In this document: positions 1 to 10,701 of the stretch, one piece after another
Layout: each line of letters starts with the position of its first letter
Numbering within the stretch: position 1 is the stretch's first letter
Notes under the pieces: generated by a model
Told to the model about the DNA's origin: nothing
Database searches by the model: none
The model's input: only the letters and a program-made list of their open reading frames with translations
Position numbers and translations under genes: made by a program
From: Candidatus Helarchaeota archaeon
Lineage (GTDB): Archaea; Asgardarchaeota; Lokiarchaeia; Helarchaeales; RDOG01
Length of the DNA stretch: 64,000 bases
Assembly: GCA_029838215.1 (NCBI GenBank)
Contig: JALGVI010000011.1
Span: 26,705 to 90,704, forward strand
Direction: 5' to 3'

Positions 1-2118
1 ATCATTGGAAAAAATGTCATTCAAGAACTTGAACTGTTCGAAAAAAAGACGCGCGTGTTGAAAGATATTCTTAACGTTACGATGCAGTTAAAAAACACTA
101 ATAATCCTGTTGAAAAAGAAGAATTGGAGCAGGAAAGGGGCAAGCTATTGCATCAGTTTGTTTTATCATTGTTTAGAAAATACCCCGACTATTTCTTTTT
201 CGACCAAGTCGGAGACCTCTTTGGATTGACCATTCAAACTCGAATGGAAATGATACAACTTGCATCCGAATTGAAAATCACCCAAATGGACATTAGTGAA
301 GAATTCAAACGTGAATACTCCGAAACGTTGGTTGAACTTGGAACTTTCACGCACTTGCGGGAATTCTTCACGAAAAAATGGGAACTTAAAGGTGCAATTC
401 GGCAATTAGAAACACAAAAGGTCACATTCCGGCGAATTGAAAATGAATTAATGAATAAAATAATTGAATCATTCCCATTCAGCCAGAAAGGACAAAAGGC
501 AAGTATTGATGCATTACATTTAAAACTGAAAATCATTGATGAATTTAAAAAGCACGTATCAACTCCGCGATCATTTAGAAACCTTGAAAAAGACATCTCA
601 AAGTTGGTCCGTTTTGAGATTTATAAGCAAGCACTGGAAAGTCCTCAGAGTTTTGTTGATTTTTTTTCAAGGCTTCTTGACTTGCCGTTCAATGACGTGA
701 TGGAATTCTTTCGCAAGGTTCGAATCTCTAACATTCCTGCATTTTGCCAGATGTTAGCAGTTCCCGTGCAAATCATTTCCAAAAAATTAAGTGAAATGAA
801 TATTAGGGATATGGATCTTACTCGTCTTTCTGAAAAAGGCGGTTTAAATATTGCAAGACAAAAATTTGAGGAAAAGAAAAGCCAACGACACGAAGCCATT
901 ATCTCGATGTCTTTTGAAGAGTTCGTGAAAACTGGCGAACAATATCCTGACTTGAGACAATTCTCCCGCGAGTTCCTTTCGGAAATCACGCTCAGTCTTC
1001 GGGACTTGCAGGACCTCTTGGAAAAAGAAAAAATACTTAAAAACGAAATATTGATACCGTTTCAGGTCGTTAACGTGGATAATCTACGTTTAGCACTATC
1101 TTCCATCCCTATTCTAACTAATTTGGAGAAAGAAATCTTCTATCACGTGCTCAAGAACATCTTGCGGCACATATCTCGGCTCATCGAACAATATGAGAAG
1201 CTGAAAAAAGACAAGGAAATCTTCCTGCTTGCGTTAAAAAAAATTCCTCAATTAACTGAATCCGAAAATTGGATACAAGTAAAGCTTGAAGATTTGATCA
1301 TCAAGAAAATAATGGCACGACAAAAAGAATTCCACGATTTATTTCGCTTTAACAATTCTCATCTCATAAATGGGTTCTTATGGGCTCGACTTTCTAATTC
1401 TTCCTTTCAGGACGCATCTAAAATTATCAAGGAAACTCCAAGTCCTGTATATCATGGCCTCTATCAATTCCCACTCACTTATGAAGAAATACCTCCTGTT
1501 TCCTTTGCTTCTGCATACGACCTTACAATGCGTTTGCAAGCATCCCTTAAATTAAAAGAAACCAAGATCATTGAAGCAAGGGCTAAATCAGTCGCGAAAG
1601 AGAAACCAATGACTAAAATTGAAGATATTGAAACATTTAGTTGGATTGAAAAACGGATAAAAACAGCAATAATGCGAGTAGGAAAAATATCCCCAACAGA
1701 TCTATACTGGACTGATGAGGACACGAAAAAATTTGGGAGTAACTTCCTCTTACACGTGCAAGTAATGGATGCAAAAAAAATATGCCCCGAGTGTGGTGCA
1801 ATCCAGGTAGATAACTGCCCGAAGCATCAAAACGGTTCCTTGATCCGACCGAATAAGATCCAAGCAATGGCTTCATATTATCAATTTGCATCTGAAAAAA
1901 TCGGCTCGAAAGAATTCTCAACAAACCGTCAAGAAGTTGAAGAAATAACCAAGGAAGTCATGAAAGAACGACTCGGTCGGGACCCAATTGCAGATGAATA
2001 CAAACAGCTTCTCGAAGGTGAAATCCGCCTGATCGGCGAAAAACTGGCAGAAAAGGTGGGACAAAAATTCAATAAAACATTATATAAAAAATATCGAAAA
2101 ACAAAATTAGGTAAATAA
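1..2118 (+). CDS. Large helical hypothetical protein, 5'-truncated by the window edge
   Basis: Frame is open from base 1 (IIGKNVIQELEL...) through ORF 55..2118. Mostly helical; CPECG...C-x2-H motif near the C-terminus. No family recognised. Confidence 0.75.
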   Translation: MIGKNVIQELELFEKKTRVLKDILNVTMQLKNTNNPVEKEELEQERGKLLHQFVLSLFRKYPDYFFFDQVGDLFGLTIQTRMEMIQLASELKITQMDISEEFKREYSETLVELGTFTHLREFFTKKWELKGAIRQLETQKVTFRRIENELMNKIIESFPFSQKGQKASIDALHLKLKIIDEFKKHVSTPRSFRNLEKDISKLVRFEIYKQALESPQSFVDFFSRLLDLPFNDVMEFFRKVRISNIPAFCQMLAVPVQIISKKLSEMNIRDMDLTRLSEKGGLNIARQKFEEKKSQRHEAIISMSFEEFVKTGEQYPDLRQFSREFLSEITLSLRDLQDLLEKEKILKNEILIPFQVVNVDNLRLALSSIPILTNLEKEIFYHVLKNILRHISRLIEQYEKLKKDKEIFLLALKKIPQLTESENWIQVKLEDLIIKKIMARQKEFHDLFRFNNSHLINGFLWARLSNSSFQDASKIIKETPSPVYHGLYQFPLTYEEIPPVSFASAYDLTMRLQASLKLKETKIIEARAKSVAKEKPMTKIEDIETFSWIEKRIKTAIMRVGKISPTDLYWTDEDTKKFGSNFLLHVQVMDAKKICPECGAIQVDNCPKHQNGSLIRPNKIQAMASYYQFASEKIGSKEFSTNRQEVEEITKEVMKERLGRDPIADEYKQLLEGEIRLIGEKLAEKVGQKFNKTLYKKYRKTKLGK

Positions 2119-2128
2119 AATAAATGGA

Positions 2129-2746
2129 TTAGCTTTTTTTTGCTGCCTTCATCCGCAAGAAGAACTTGAGAACCGCGTCTCTTGCGACTTGCTGAAAACT
2201 TCTTTTAATATTCTTTCCCTGTATGGCAACTGTCTCATAAATCTGTAACGGCATCTCAATTCCGTGAGGATTTATGATCGTTCCCAATCCGCGCTCTTTA
2301 AAATATTGTTCAATCTCTGTCCTAGGGGTCAAGTTTGGTAAATCCATCTTGTTAATTTGAACCAAAAATGGAATTGACTTTCCAAGCTTATTTCCCAAGT
2401 GCCCAATTAATTCATCTAATGACCATAAATTTTCCTCAAGTTGCTCCTTCTGCGCATCCCACACGAAAATAATTCCATCGGCTCCATTTAGAATTGTCTT
2501 ACGCTGGAATTTATGACGTCTTTGCCCTGCACAAGTATAAACTTGCATGGTCACTCCTCCAACTCCCGCCGTCATACGATCAAAGAACAAAGTTCGACCT
2601 GTCGGATCAACTATGCTTTGCATCTTACCAGTTGCCATCCCTTCTTTATCAAACATCCATTTAACAGCGGTTGTCTTGCCCGACAAAGAAGAACCCCAAT
2701 ATACTATTTTGAAGACTAATTTACCGTCAGCACCTCGGCTTGGCAT
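2129..2746 (-). CDS. MglA-like small GTPase
   Basis: KIVYWGSSLSGKTT (G1), GRTLFFD (MglA-type switch), TCAGQ (degenerate G3), NKMD (G4). Confidence 0.85.
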   Translation of the reverse strand: MPSRGADGKLVFKIVYWGSSLSGKTTAVKWMFDKEGMATGKMQSIVDPTGRTLFFDRMTAGVGGVTMQVYTCAGQRRHKFQRKTILNGADGIIFVWDAQKEQLEENLWSLDELIGHLGNKLGKSIPFLVQINKMDLPNLTPRTEIEQYFKERGLGTIINPHGIEMPLQIYETVAIQGKNIKRSFQQVARDAVLKFFLRMKAAKKS

Positions 2747-2941
2747 GGTATATTTGCTCCTTTTTTCCTGAATATTCCTCTTAACTTATAATTATCATAC
2801 GTACTAATGATTCAAAACTCTTTGACTCCAGTTTTGACTCATGGACTTCTTGACTCATAAATATTTAAAGAAACGACTAGTAATCTCTTATTTTAATTTA
2901 TTTACACAAGATTTAAATTAATAGCAAGAATCAACGATAAA

Positions 2942-3592
2942 TCACGTTTTAAAATTCTCGAGAAAGTACTCATGACCTATATTTAATGCCTTGAGGCTTG
3001 CTTCAAGATCTTTGGTTTGTTCACCCATTACTTCTTCAAAATGCTCTTTTTCTATTGGAATGGAAGAAGAAGCCAGAGCTGCCCCAAGAATGATGTTATT
3101 CGTAAATAATGGATTTTGAAGATGCTCAATCGCCAATTGAGTTGCACCAAACACGTAAATCTTGGTAGATCCTGAGATGTCCTTAATGGCTTGCGTGATT
3201 TCTTCGATGGATGGATAACGAGCCAGCTCCGAAATCGTGGAAGGAGGTTCGATCACGTAATCGTTGATGATAAACGTGGTTTTGTCCGACGTATATTTTG
3301 CATTTCGCAAGATTTCCACGGGCTCTAATCCGATTGCTAAATCTGCCTCACCAATTGATAACGTGGGTGAAGTTAAATAATAAGGATCAAGTTCTTCATC
3401 TTGCTCCAATATGAGCATTCGAAGGTGGACATCCACTGAACCCTCACGCTGAGCTAAACCATGCTTTTCTGCACCGAATATTTTTCTAATTCTTTGTGTT
3501 TTTAGTGCGGCATGTTCAATAAATCGCTTGAGAGTGATAACGCCCGTTCCTCCAATACCGGCAATTACCGCAGTCCATATCTTCATTTTCAT
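2942..3592 (-). CDS. iorB: Indolepyruvate:ferredoxin oxidoreductase beta subunit
   Basis: GIGGTGVIT, EKHGLAQREGSV, GEADLAIGLEPVE, NNIILGA; lies directly after iorA. Confidence 0.9.
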   Translation of the reverse strand: MKMKIWTAVIAGIGGTGVITLKRFIEHAALKTQRIRKIFGAEKHGLAQREGSVDVHLRMLILEQDEELDPYYLTSPTLSIGEADLAIGLEPVEILRNAKYTSDKTTFIINDYVIEPPSTISELARYPSIEEITQAIKDISGSTKIYVFGATQLAIEHLQNPLFTNNIILGAALASSSIPIEKEHFEEVMGEQTKDLEASLKALNIGHEYFLENFKT

Positions 3593-3595
3593 ACC

Positions 3596-5584
3596 TCATG
3601 CTTTGATATTCGGATAGTGAACGTCTATTTCAGTCTTCATTATCGCCCCATTAGGACATATCGCAGCACAAACTCCACATTGGTTACACCGAGCTTCATC
3701 AATGTAAACCGTTTCACGCCCATCAATCGTCATTATCCGCAATGCAGTACAGCATAGCTGTTGCGTGCATTCCCGACAAAGCTCACACCGTTCAGGAATG
3801 ACCTGAAAGACTTTCCTACTGAATGGCTGTCCAGCTTGGATGCAAGCTTGAAGCTCTTTTTTCAATCTCTTTCCATATTGTAATCCACATTCCCTGCGTG
3901 AAATAATAACGCGTAACCCTTTTTGTTTCAAGGCACTTTGAATCGCTGCAATCATCGCTTTCGGTTGGTATGGATCGACTGCCTTGACCCACTTGACGCC
4001 GCATGCTCGCAAAATACTTGCCATATCGAATTTTACTGGATTCTCCAAGATATTGGCCTTTCGCAATGCAGGGGGCGTGTTGGGATTTTCGTGTCCACCA
4101 GTCATTGCCGTCCAACTATTATCAAGGATGATGAGAATGACGTTCGCACCATTATAGACTGCTGAAATGAGGATGGGTAATCCCGTGTGATAAAACGTGC
4201 TATCTCCCATGAGTGCAATAACTGGTTGGTCCGTCTTCATGGATGCTCCAATGGCCGCTCCCAACCCACCAGACATGCAAATAACCCAATCCGTGATTCC
4301 CATGGGTGGAAAGAAAGACATGACATAACAACCAATGTCCCCGGCATAAATCGTGTTGTTTTCATCCGTGGCTTTTTTAATAGCATATAAAAGCGCACGT
4401 TCTGGACATCCTGCACAAAATGTCGGTGGTCGTGAGGGGATCATTGGCAGGTATTTTTCATAACGGTTTAAGATTTCTCGTGTCGTGCTGGCTATTGGTC
4501 GATTAAATTCTTTTCCCAAGATCTGTATGAGATCTCCAACGCTTAACTCGCCCCACTTGCGAACTATTTCTTGTCCCAGTATGGGAATGGAAAAACCCAT
4601 CTCTTGAGCCATTTGCTTGACCTTGACCTCGATAAAAGGTTCTAATTCCTCTACTATAATGATTTTTTCAAGATCCGCACTGAACTCCTTGAAAATGTTC
4701 TTGTCAATCGGATTGATCATTCCATATTTCAAAATAGGAATGTCATTTAATCCCAAAATCCTCAAGGCTTCCATTATGTAGTTGAATGGAACTCCTCCTG
4801 TGATGATTCCAGTCCGAGCGTCTCCTTGTAATATCTTGTTGAAAATTCTTGCATGTTTGCTTTGGCCGAGTTCATCCATTCTATCATATAATCGAGCATG
4901 ATTATTGATGCAATGCGGCGGTAAAGAGCAAAATTTAGGAATATCTTTTTTGAAATATCCCTTTTTAGGCTCAAATTTCGGAAATTTTTTGCGAATTGTC
5001 ACGTCTTGACGTGAATGTGAAATCCGGGATGTAACTCGAAAATATCCAACTAAATCATACTCTTGAGATATGTCGAACATCAAAGGCATCCAATCGAGGC
5101 ATTCTTGCACGTCGCTTGGTTCCACGTGACAAAGATGGAGCATCCAACTATAAAATCTGTCATTTTGCTCACAATGAGATCCCAGAGATGCCGGATCTCC
5201 TCCTGCAATTACGACAAGTCCTCCTTCTCCTCTAGAAGAAGTCGGTCCGTTTAAGGCAATCACACCCAAAGAGTCCGCAAGAACATTAATTCCAACATGC
5301 TTTGCAGGAACCAATGAACGAATACCGCACCAACTCGCACCAGCGGCTGCTTGCATGGCCGCAGCCTCATTTGCTGCCCATTGAAAATATAGACCCGGAA
5401 CCCGTCCTGATTTCATCAAGTCTCCAAAAACAAGCCCCATGTCACTTAATGGTGTTCCAGGATATTGAGAAACAAATTGAACATTTGCTTCTAAAGAACC
5501 CCTGATCATAGCCTCATTGCCAATCATCAAGACCTTCTTGTCCAGCTCTGAAGTTAAAATTGCTGAATTTACCATCTTCATCAA
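3596..5584 (-). CDS. iorA: Indolepyruvate:ferredoxin oxidoreductase alpha subunit
   Basis: YPGTP, KHVGINV, RPPTFCAGCPER, GDIGC, TPP-binding GDSTFYH...NSWTAMTG, and C-terminal ferredoxin-type Cys motifs. Confidence 0.95.
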   Translation of the reverse strand: MMKMVNSAILTSELDKKVLMIGNEAMIRGSLEANVQFVSQYPGTPLSDMGLVFGDLMKSGRVPGLYFQWAANEAAAMQAAAGASWCGIRSLVPAKHVGINVLADSLGVIALNGPTSSRGEGGLVVIAGGDPASLGSHCEQNDRFYSWMLHLCHVEPSDVQECLDWMPLMFDISQEYDLVGYFRVTSRISHSRQDVTIRKKFPKFEPKKGYFKKDIPKFCSLPPHCINNHARLYDRMDELGQSKHARIFNKILQGDARTGIITGGVPFNYIMEALRILGLNDIPILKYGMINPIDKNIFKEFSADLEKIIIVEELEPFIEVKVKQMAQEMGFSIPILGQEIVRKWGELSVGDLIQILGKEFNRPIASTTREILNRYEKYLPMIPSRPPTFCAGCPERALLYAIKKATDENNTIYAGDIGCYVMSFFPPMGITDWVICMSGGLGAAIGASMKTDQPVIALMGDSTFYHTGLPILISAVYNGANVILIILDNSWTAMTGGHENPNTPPALRKANILENPVKFDMASILRACGVKWVKAVDPYQPKAMIAAIQSALKQKGLRVIISRRECGLQYGKRLKKELQACIQAGQPFSRKVFQVIPERCELCRECTQQLCCTALRIMTIDGRETVYIDEARCNQCGVCAAICPNGAIMKTEIDVHYPNIKA

Positions 5585-5857
5585 GTCTCTTGCCTAATTG
5601 TTCGAGATTAATACCATAAACCAATTCATGATAAAAAATCGTTTTTATTTCCTTAGGCTTGTCGAAATTTCATTGCTCACTTCACGATAGGAAATTTAAA
5701 TCTATTTGCTTCGGAACGAAATCAAAGATCTCATTTTCTTTGAAAGTCCAAAGATAACAATGTCATACACGAAAATATTTTTAAATCAATTTTCCAAGAA
5801 GACATCAGAGCCGAGAAAACGCAAGATTTCTATCGTGAAAAATCGTGATCACAAATA

Positions 5858-5992
5858 AATGAGTCATAACCGTGGGTGCTTGTCTCTGGATTTACTTTTA
5901 AAATTTCCCTCTCTTGGGTTTTATATCCCCTCCCCACTTGATAGAAATTCTCCCCTCTCCTGAGACAAGCACCACCACTTCCATAACTCATT
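5858..5992. repeat. Intergenic long hairpin, element E1
   Basis: Perfect 12-bp inverted repeat GGTGCTTGTCTC (5875-5886) / GAGACAAGCACC (5962-5973), plus outer AATGAGT / ACTCATT. The loop is C/T-rich on the + strand. Confidence 0.6.
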
Positions 5993-6044
5993 AATATCCC
6001 AAATATGTACATATGTTCATTGCAATCCTTCACGACATCGAGGT

Positions 6045-6557
6045 ATGTTCAAGCGAGGGGAACGAACGATGGATGAAAACACCCATTTTTTGGAAATTCA
6101 AAATCTGATTTCTAATATATTAAAGCAAGAAATCGTCCAATCATTATTAAAACATTCTAACTTCACTAAAACACAACTTGAAACCTTGTTATTAGACTTT
6201 TATGCTCGACATTTCTTCCAAAAGGACGTACAACATGAAAAACTCGCACGAATGCGAAACGTCGCCAGAGGATCTTTCAGTCGCGTCTTGCATCAAGGTC
6301 GAAAAAATTATATCAAGTCGGCTTATAGCATACTTCTATTAATCTACCTTGGATTCTTTGAAGATGAACCGTTTCGAGCCCTGATAGACTTGAACAATGA
6401 AATCGTTCAATTCGCAACTCAATATGACGATCTTCATTTGGACCAAAACCAACTCGATCAAGAAGAATTGCAAAAAAGAATCAAAGCCTTGAATGATCTT
6501 GAGATCAAGATAAAGACGAAAATTGAAGAATTAGCCAAACCAAAAACTATCTTTTAA
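6045..6557 (+). CDS. Conserved archaeal hypothetical protein, possible HTH
   Basis: SNFTKTQLETLL...RGSFSRVLHQGRKN...ILLLIYLG resembles a recalled uncharacterised TACK/Asgard family. Confidence 0.65.
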   Translation: MFKRGERTMDENTHFLEIQNLISNILKQEIVQSLLKHSNFTKTQLETLLLDFYARHFFQKDVQHEKLARMRNVARGSFSRVLHQGRKNYIKSAYSILLLIYLGFFEDEPFRALIDLNNEIVQFATQYDDLHLDQNQLDQEELQKRIKALNDLEIKIKTKIEELAKPKTIF

Positions 6558-6868
6558 AATACCCGAGATTAAGATTCTACGACTTCAAGAGTGTCATGAA
6601 ATTCCTGCATTTCGACCGAAAATGAATTGATCATGCTTCCTTTTTTGCTTAAACTTGCAATCCTTGCAGAAGAAAAATCAAGTTCATTATATTCAAGATT
6701 GATTTATGGAATTTCATATTTTTTGTCGATTTTTTTAAAAATGACTTCTAAATATAAAAAAGATTAAATTTGAAGTCGTTAGGATATTTGTGTCGAACTG
6801 GATTTCAGGAACGAAAATATATGAAAATTGATACTTTATAGAAGAAATGTTATTGTGTGGGAACTGCA

Positions 6869-9511
6869 ATGGATGAATCTGGAAAGAAAAAAGAAGAACG
6901 ATATATTCTTTGGTTCGATGAGTGTGGAATTGAAGACATACCATTGGTTGGTGGAAAGAATGCGTCATTAGGTGAAATGATTCAACGGACGCAAGTTCCA
7001 GTCCCCTATGGGTTTGCAATTACATCTTTTGCTTATCGCCATTTTATCAAAGAAGCCGGACTCCAGGCATTTTTAAAAGAGACTTTAAAAGATCTCAAGC
7101 CTGGAGACATAGCAGGACTTCAAGAGCGAGGATCGAGAATTCGTGATAAAATTGAAGTTAGTACTTTTCCACCAGATCTTGAAGCTGCAATCCGAGATGC
7201 ATATAAGAAGCTTGGTGAAAAGATCGGAGAAGACTTACCTGACTGTGCAGTAAGAAGCTCGGCTACGGCTGAAGACCTTCCTGACGCAAGCTTTGCCGGT
7301 CAGCAAGATACATTTTTACATCAACGTGGAATCGATGCCATATTAAGAACGTGTAAGCGTTGCATGGCGAGTCTTTTTACAGACCGGGCAATCCATTATC
7401 GAATGGATAAAGACTTTGATCATTTTGAAGTGGCCCTTAGTGTCGGCGTGCAAATCATGGCGCGAAGCGACGTGGGTGCATCAGGAGTCATTTTTAGCAT
7501 TGATACCGAAAGCGGATTCGAAAAAGTGGTTTACATCACGGCATCTTGGGGACTTGGAGAATATATCGTCCAAGGAAAAGTAAATCCTGATCAATATTAC
7601 GTGTTTAAACCAACATTAGGGATCATCAGTAAAAAAATCGGCTACAAGGACGTTAAACTCGTTTATGACGAAATAATGGATGTGAGAGAAGAAAAGATAC
7701 CCGAGAATGAGCGCTATCAATTCGTGCTCAATGATGATCAAATAAAAGAATTGGCACAATATGCCATAAAAATTGAAGAACATTATGGACGTCCAATGGA
7801 TATTGAGTGGGCTCTAGATGGCAAGCTCAACAAACTATTTATCCTTCAGGCACGTCCTGAAACCATTCATGGCACGAAAGAAAAGAGCTTGATGGAATTC
7901 TATAAACTAAAAATTTCTGACGAAGAAAAGAAAAACCGAACCTTGCTCGTTGGTGAAGCCGTTGGACGAAAAATCGGTCAGGGAAAAGCAAACGTCATTA
8001 CGGATATTAGCGAGATTGGCACGTTTAAGGAAGGAGAAGTTTTAATCACGATAATGACCGACCCAGATTGGGAGCCCATCATGAAAAAAGCCGCCGCAAT
8101 CGTGACCGAGAAAGGTGGAAGGACTTGTCATGCTGCAATCATTTCCCGAGAACTGGGCATTCCTTGCGTCATCGGAACGGGATATGCAACCGGAATGATG
8201 AAAGATAACCAAGAAATAACTGTAGATTGTAGCGAAGGAATAGGACGCGTGTTCAATGGTCTTGTTCCATATGAAATCGAAACCATAGACGTGTCAGAAA
8301 TCCCTGAAACAAAAACAAAAATCTTCATGAACGTGGGGATTCCCGAACAAGCATTTGATCAAGCAAAATTACCTGCTGATGGTGTTGGACTGGCTCGCCT
8401 TGAATTTATCATAAATTCTCACATTCAAATTCACCCTCTTGCTCTGATTAACATCGAAAAATTAAAGGACTACTTGCGTTATCGACAATACGAATCAGAA
8501 CTCTTGAATATCGTCGTGAAAATTGACTCTGTTGATGTTGCGGTTCTAAAAAATGAAATAAATCAGAAAATTGATGAAATCATCAAGATACGTGAGACCA
8601 TCGAAAAAATCGAAGAATTAACGCCCGGATACGATAATAAGGAAGAATATTTTATATCTCACATCGCTGAAGGCGTGGCAAAAATCGCAGCCGCGTTTTT
8701 TCCTGGCGACGTGGTGGTCCGTTTAAGTGATTTCAAGACCAACGAATATGCCAACTTAATTGGCGGATTCCTTTACGAACCAGAAGAGCATAATCCAATG
8801 ATTGGGTGGCGTGGTGCATCCCGGTATTATTCCGAAAATTTCCTTCCTGCTTTTCGTCTCGAATGCCAAGCAATGCGAAGGGTTCGAAACGAAATGGGAC
8901 TTACAAACGTAAAACTAATGGTTCCATTCTGTCGAACTCCAGAAGAAGGACGTCGTGTCATCGAAGTGATGCGTGAAGAAGGTCTCGTCCAAGGAGAAAA
9001 TGGACTCCAAATTTACGTGATGGCTGAAATTCCATCAAACATAATCCTTGCTGAAGAATTTTCAGACATTTTCGATGGTTTCAGCATCGGTAGTAACGAT
9101 CTGACACAATTGACTCTTGGTCTCGACCGCGACTCTGATATATTACTCCCGTTATTTGATGAACGCTCCCCTGCCATCAAGAATAGCATTAAAAAATTAT
9201 TAGAAATCGCAAAAAATAAGGGAATACCCGTTTCTATCTGCGGACAGGCTCCAAGCGATTATCCTTCTATGGCCGCTTTTCTCGTGCAAAACGGAATAAG
9301 CAGCATTTCACTCAATCCTGATACGGTCTTTGGAACTCGAGCTCTCGTAAAAGCCGTAGAATGGTGCTTGGAAAATGGAAAGGATTATGATAAGCTACTT
9401 TTAGCCGATCTAGTACAAATCCCGGGAATCAATGAAGGACTTGCAAAAACCGTCTTGTCAATGATTGAAAAAGAAAAACGCGTTAACCAGCAGAAATCCT
9501 CAATCATGTAA
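6869..9511 (+). CDS. ppsA: Phosphoenolpyruvate synthase (pyruvate, water dikinase)
   Basis: VGGKNASLGEM, AVRSSATAEDLPDASFAGQQ, GGRTCHAAI (phospho-His), NPMIGWRGASRY, GSNDLTQ, ICGQ. ATG at 6869 is preferred over GTG at 6857. Confidence 0.97.
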   Translation: MDESGKKKEERYILWFDECGIEDIPLVGGKNASLGEMIQRTQVPVPYGFAITSFAYRHFIKEAGLQAFLKETLKDLKPGDIAGLQERGSRIRDKIEVSTFPPDLEAAIRDAYKKLGEKIGEDLPDCAVRSSATAEDLPDASFAGQQDTFLHQRGIDAILRTCKRCMASLFTDRAIHYRMDKDFDHFEVALSVGVQIMARSDVGASGVIFSIDTESGFEKVVYITASWGLGEYIVQGKVNPDQYYVFKPTLGIISKKIGYKDVKLVYDEIMDVREEKIPENERYQFVLNDDQIKELAQYAIKIEEHYGRPMDIEWALDGKLNKLFILQARPETIHGTKEKSLMEFYKLKISDEEKKNRTLLVGEAVGRKIGQGKANVITDISEIGTFKEGEVLITIMTDPDWEPIMKKAAAIVTEKGGRTCHAAIISRELGIPCVIGTGYATGMMKDNQEITVDCSEGIGRVFNGLVPYEIETIDVSEIPETKTKIFMNVGIPEQAFDQAKLPADGVGLARLEFIINSHIQIHPLALINIEKLKDYLRYRQYESELLNIVVKIDSVDVAVLKNEINQKIDEIIKIRETIEKIEELTPGYDNKEEYFISHIAEGVAKIAAAFFPGDVVVRLSDFKTNEYANLIGGFLYEPEEHNPMIGWRGASRYYSENFLPAFRLECQAMRRVRNEMGLTNVKLMVPFCRTPEEGRRVIEVMREEGLVQGENGLQIYVMAEIPSNIILAEEFSDIFDGFSIGSNDLTQLTLGLDRDSDILLPLFDERSPAIKNSIKKLLEIAKNKGIPVSICGQAPSDYPSMAAFLVQNGISSISLNPDTVFGTRALVKAVEWCLENGKDYDKLLLADLVQIPGINEGLAKTVLSMIEKEKRVNQQKSSIM

Positions 9512-9545
9512 AAAACAAAAAAATCTCTTTTTTTCTTCATTTTTC

Positions 9546-9980
9546 TTAATGATTATTGATGGCTTCAGATAATTCTTGGACTACTTCTTCAATCGCTGCA
9601 CGCCAAACAACAAATCGCTCAATAACCTTGAAAGTTAACGAGTTATTAAAGTTCTTTTTTTGAGGCCATTGAAGCATTTGATTCAAGATGAGGTTCATTT
9701 GAAGCAAGATTGGAAGCAATTTCTGGACAATCGCATTCAATTCATCATTTTCCTTGAATTTGTTAGGTAGATTCACGAATTGAATGAGAATCTCCCGAGA
9801 AGCCGCCAAGGCAAAATAGACCTCACGCACGGTTTCACCCATGTGGATCTTGTTTATGGCTTTGTCTAGCGGAACCAAGATTTTTATGGCAAGTTCTTTA
9901 TATTCTTGAACAATGCCTGAAAAATTCTCGCTCATCTCATCGTGCCTCATTGCCCTAATTAAATTACTTGAAATCGACAT
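9546..9980 (-). CDS. Hypothetical helical protein
   Basis: 144-aa ORF filling the gap convergent to ppsA; amphipathic helices. Confidence 0.6.
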   Translation of the reverse strand: MSISSNLIRAMRHDEMSENFSGIVQEYKELAIKILVPLDKAINKIHMGETVREVYFALAASREILIQFVNLPNKFKENDELNAIVQKLLPILLQMNLILNQMLQWPQKKNFNNSLTFKVIERFVVWRAAIEEVVQELSEAINNH

Positions 9981-10155
9981 TCAAAGTTGTTTCTTTCGCT
10001 TAAAGCCTTGCAACAAAATAATATTTAAATGAATATTTTAAAACCTATTCTTCATCAAAAAAGATTAAAAAATAAAATGCCATCCTTATCAAAAATAAAT
10101 TATTAATACATGCTAAAATTCAGAAATTGTTTAAGAACTTTAATGTGTGGAAACA

Positions 10156-10692
10156 ATGCCAAAAAGACCGTGGAAAGGATTCCGGAACGTACAAGGAAAG
10201 GCTTGGGTTCTCAGGTGGAAAAAAACAGGAAAAGGTCGGCGCTATTACATTAAGCACGCTCCTGAACCTAAAATCCGCATGTTCACCATCGGGAAAGATC
10301 GTCCTGATTATGATTATGAAGTAGAACTGTTTGCAGAAGAAGCAGCACAAGTCAACCATCTGACGCTTGAATCCTGCCGGATCTCCTGTAATCGACTTCT
10401 TAGAGCCAAGCTGGGAAGAGATAATTACCTATTTCGCATTTATCCATATCCCCATCACGTGGTACGTGAACATCGCATGATGGCGTTTGCGGGAGCAGAT
10501 CGACTTCAAGACGGAATGCGACATGCCTTTGGAAAACCATTTGGGCGAGCAGCACGCGTGAGAAAAGGTCAGAAACTCATGAGCGTTAAATGCTACAAGG
10601 ATGCACTACTCGTGGCAAAAGATGCCATTCGGAGAGGTAGCATGAAATGGCCAATGCCTTGCCGAATCATCCCTAAAAAAATAAATGAATGA
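10156..10692 (+). CDS. rpl10e: 50S ribosomal protein uL16 (L10e)
   Basis: YPHHVVREHRMMAFAGADRLQDGMRHAFGKPFGRAARV is the L10e signature. Confidence 0.96.
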   Translation: MPKRPWKGFRNVQGKAWVLRWKKTGKGRRYYIKHAPEPKIRMFTIGKDRPDYDYEVELFAEEAAQVNHLTLESCRISCNRLLRAKLGRDNYLFRIYPYPHHVVREHRMMAFAGADRLQDGMRHAFGKPFGRAARVRKGQKLMSVKCYKDALLVAKDAIRRGSMKWPMPCRIIPKKINE

Positions 10693-10701
10693 ATTAATCA
10701 C

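Noticed and set aside
5830-6033. 67-aa ORF across hairpin E1
   Set aside because: Its composition is explained by the purine-rich loop and it has no recognisable motif. Not excluded, but not supported.
8461-8600. Intein in ppsA
   Set aside because: The insert is short and helical, with no C/S start or HN end.
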